DNA of 27,532 bases from a virus (Duplodnaviria > Caudoviricetes). Shown one piece after another: positions 24,832 to 27,532 of the stretch. The number at the start of each line of letters is the position of its first letter. Positions within the stretch are counted from its first letter, which is position 1. The position numbers and the translations under genes are program-made. Location: IMG/VR virus record IMGVR_UViG_3300046777_000918, positions 1-27,532 of that record. One strand, 5' to 3'. The notes beneath the pieces were generated by a model. It worked only from the letters and a program-made list of their open reading frames with translations, did not search any database and had not been told where the DNA came from.

Positions 24832-27531
24832 TTAGACGTCGTTCTTTCCGTACAGACGAAAGGGAATTCCTACAACTTTAACGTTAGCGACTATGAGAGA
24901 TCCGCGATCTGTGGTCAGGATTGGTTGCGCTGCGGAAGCGTGACCTTTGAGCCGCGCCTTGTGCGTGTAGCTCTGGTGCAGGCCAGCTTCAAATCCGTTC
25001 GACCCAGTCCTCAGTACCGGCAGCGTCGAATAGTCCTCTCGATATGCCGCAAGGAAGTCGTCGTTGGCGTTGGTTGGGTTATATGCGCTGTACCCGTATT
25101 TGTAGTACAGAGATCGGTCCTTCGTGACACTCTCGGCGATATCCAAACTCTCAGAGACACCATCAAAATCAACGTTGATGTCGTAGCGCGTGTCCCAGTT
25201 CCGAAGTTCTAGGTGAAGATCTGTCCACTGCTTGTGCTCTACAGTATCACCAGTGTATCCACGGAACTCAACGCGGGTTGAGATCTGATAAGACGTGCCT
25301 GTAGCATTGCGATCGAATAGAGCGTCCTTGTCGAAGTTATGGACGTAGCCGCTCTCGTCAGCGAAAACCAACCGCTCGGTACCGGATACTACAACGCGCT
25401 CGAAGAACTTCGGGTTTAGCAACCGACCTTCCCAATATCCCTCCCACGCTTGGTTTAGGAAGTTATAGGACAGTACTCGGTCGTTGGTACCGTCTCCGCC
25501 TTCAGTCGGGTGGGCGAGCAGATAGCGATTGTCGAAGTAAGCAGCGCAGGACTTCTCCCAGTTCGTCTCGTCGATGTCGTCCACGAGGTTCTGGATCGAG
25601 TCCGACAGAGGCAGGATCACCGACTGAGCAATTCCGAACTCAGTCTGTTTTAGAGAGATGATACCGCGCTGGCTCAGGAAGATGAGATCAGAGCCTGTGT
25701 TGACCACGCTGTTAGGCGCGACACAGCCGAATTCTCGCGTGACCTCAGTCAGTCGAACGTTACTGAGATCTCCATACAGATTCTCAATCGCCAGCACCGA
25801 CCTCTGCTTGAACACCACCAGCGTTGTGGAGTTGAACGCAGCAATGGAGACCACACGATCATTGGCTCCAGTGTTGAGCTTAAAATCGTTGGTGACCTTG
25901 GCGTAGTGCAGCGGATCCAGCACGTCTGAGACGGCCAAGAAGTCGTTTCCGTACACCATCAGAAGACGGTTCTGGAAGTACAGGCCATCACGTCCAGCAG
26001 GGACTGCAGCACCAGATGCTGAAGACTTCTTGATCGTAGCAGTGAACGAACCGGTGATGTCCACTAGCGTGTTCGGCGTCGACGCAGTAGCCGTTGGAGC
26101 TGCTGTGTAAGCTCCACCACCGGACACGCTCGTGGTCGATGTTACCTTGCCATCCGTGATGGTTGCGTTGAACGAAGCTCCGGTGGGGCTAAACGTGATG
26201 GTAGGAGCTGTGAGGTATCCGGAACCCTGATTCAGGATCGTCAGTCCAGAAACGCTGATCGTCGGAGAAGTTCCAGTCGTCTGCACCGAGAACGTAGCCC
26301 GGCTGGCGTCGTTCAACGAATCAGTCTCTTCGGTGGAACCTTGGAATAGCCGAAGAGTATTGGAATCGACAGGATAGACGTAGAAGATCCCATCAGCGAC
26401 TCCGCCTCCAGTGCTGTTAATGATCTCGACCTGATCGCCAGCTACGAAGTTGTGGTTCGGGACCGTGATTGTGTCAGCGGCTGCATCAGCAGACACCACA
26501 GATCGCGACTCCGGAATGCGTGTGAAGCCAGCGTCGAGAGCCTGAACGTCACTGCCACCGCTGTACGTGGCCTCCATGATGAGCGGAAGACCATCGTTCT
26601 GGTAGCTCTCCAGCCCCTGAGCGATGTCGTAGCTGGTCGTGTTGTTCTGTAGCTCTATGAAGAACCGATTCGCCGAAGTCAGACCCGCAGCAAGATCCAG
26701 TTTGTTCGCTCCAGTCAGAGAATCAGCCTGAGTGAGATACAGCGTCACCGCAGAGCCAACCACATTGACGTAAATTCCAAATCCTTGGCCAGATCCAGTA
26801 GCACCAATCCAGAGCGGAGTCTGTGTTCCTGTCTGACCAATGACGACACGATCACCAGTCTGCAGATCAGGTGTAACGTTGAGCGTTATAGTGTCGGTCG
26901 TCGCGTTTACGTCTGTGCCGTTGAAGTAATACCGAGCAGGCCCAGGCCTGAGCATGACCACCGAATCACCGCACTGAATCAGCCTGACATCATCGTAGAA
27001 GTCGTGGCCGTTCATCGGAACCTCCAGATGCGCCTGATTCGGTCGCAGCAGGAAGACACGTCCCTGACCGCCATCAGTAGTCCTAGCCACGTTGCTGGCC
27101 ACGAGCAGTGACTGCGTTCCTGTCGTCTTGTCCCGGTACTTCAGCAGCGCCACGATGTCGGTGATGCCGGTCGTGGAGGAGTAGTACTTGAATGTCTGCG
27201 GATTCGGGTAAGTGAACGAGTACGCACTGGTACTCATTATCGCGTTGCTGTTGTCGAGAGACTTCGACACCACCCGCGTCCCGTTCTTGAAGATCAACTC
27301 ACTAGCTGTCTCGTTGCAGGAGACGATGGTGTTGGGCGCAACCTGAGCCAGACCAGATGCAGAACTGACGGTTGAACTGTTAGCCGTGACAGTTGCCGTG
27401 AAGCTGCCATTGACCCAAAGACCTCCCCACTTGGGACGCACCACGCCCCAGCGATTCTTGATGTTCTTGTCCTCGAACCTGCGATTGATCGCCAACGAGA
27501 CGTAACTCGGAGGCAACAAGTCAGCGTTAAG
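24832..27531 (-). CDS. Tail hub/DNA-stabilisation protein (P22 gp10-like beta-propeller), 5'-truncated
   Basis: Frame is open to the window edge; FQNRL, LVVFKQRS, FGCVAPNSVV, LIFLSQRGI and LSDSI propeller motifs. Confidence 0.78.
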   Translation of the reverse strand, partial: LNADLLPPSYVSLAINRRFEDKNIKNRWGVVRPKWGGLWVNGSFTATVTANSSTVSSASGLAQVAPNTIVSCNETASELIFKNGTRVVSKSLDNSNAIMSTSAYSFTYPNPQTFKYYSSTTGITDIVALLKYRDKTTGTQSLLVASNVARTTDGGQGRVFLLRPNQAHLEVPMNGHDFYDDVRLIQCGDSVVMLRPGPARYYFNGTDVNATTDTITLNVTPDLQTGDRVVIGQTGTQTPLWIGATGSGQGFGIYVNVVGSAVTLYLTQADSLTGANKLDLAAGLTSANRFFIELQNNTTSYDIAQGLESYQNDGLPLIMEATYSGGSDVQALDAGFTRIPESRSVVSADAAADTITVPNHNFVAGDQVEIINSTGGGVADGIFYVYPVDSNTLRLFQGSTEETDSLNDASRATFSVQTTGTSPTISVSGLTILNQGSGYLTAPTITFSPTGASFNATITDGKVTSTTSVSGGGAYTAAPTATASTPNTLVDITGSFTATIKKSSASGAAVPAGRDGLYFQNRLLMVYGNDFLAVSDVLDPLHYAKVTNDFKLNTGANDRVVSIAAFNSTTLVVFKQRSVLAIENLYGDLSNVRLTEVTREFGCVAPNSVVNTGSDLIFLSQRGIISLKQTEFGIAQSVILPLSDSIQNLVDDIDETNWEKSCAAYFDNRYLLAHPTEGGDGTNDRVLSYNFLNQAWEGYWEGRLLNPKFFERVVVSGTERLVFADESGYVHNFDKDALFDRNATGTSYQISTRVEFRGYTGDTVEHKQWTDLHLELRNWDTRYDINVDFDGVSESLDIAESVTKDRSLYYKYGYSAYNPTNANDDFLAAYREDYSTLPVLRTGSNGFEAGLHQSYTHKARLKGHASAAQPILTTDRGSLIVANVKVVGIPFRLYGKNDV

Positions 27532-27532
27532 T

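Larger units (their letters stand above)
1..27532 (-). mobile_element. Bacteriophage genome segment (P22/podovirus-like Caudoviricetes)
   Basis: Terminase, portal, tail hub, fibres, ejection proteins, DnaB/initiator and recombination genes, all co-oriented; no host housekeeping genes or att/integrase in the window. Confidence 0.96.

Noticed and set aside
1-27532. Integrase/att sites, tRNAs, reverse transcriptase/DGR, stop-codon reassignment
   Set aside because: None recognised by eye; standard-code ORFs tile the strand with all three stop codons used; lifestyle cannot be determined from this window

Overview
A 27.5-kb segment of a tailed dsDNA phage with a P22/podovirus-like layout. Every credible gene is on the minus strand, many coupled by ATGA/GTGA stop-start overlaps. 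In transcription order (right to left): 5'-truncated gp10-like tail hub, tail fibre, ejection/internal virion proteins (including a 1311-aa protein with an HExxH peptidase motif and an ART-PolyVal-like module) with a cupin + DDxxD gene pair among them, a C1q/TNF-like fibre, a small RHH regulator, a recombination module (RecT-like SSAP, PD-(D/E)XK exonuclease, RuvC-like resolvase), small accessory genes, MazG-like pyrophosphatase, metallophosphoesterase, DUF1376-like initiator, DnaB, SSB-like protein, glycosyltransferase-like protein, putative TerS, TerL and portal. No integrase, capsid, tRNA or CRISPR array was seen. Most notable: a C4/CI-type antisense RNA switch upstream of the replication operon; a conserved-looking small phage gene nested out of frame in the 1311-aa gene between repeated R[FY]MP junctions; a phased iteron-like array in the initiator gene; and a LacI-HTH-fused TerS beside a Zn-finger-bearing TerL at a GC-skew switch. 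Family calls are from motif recognition by eye; no searches were run. A Verrucomicrobiota host is only an inference.
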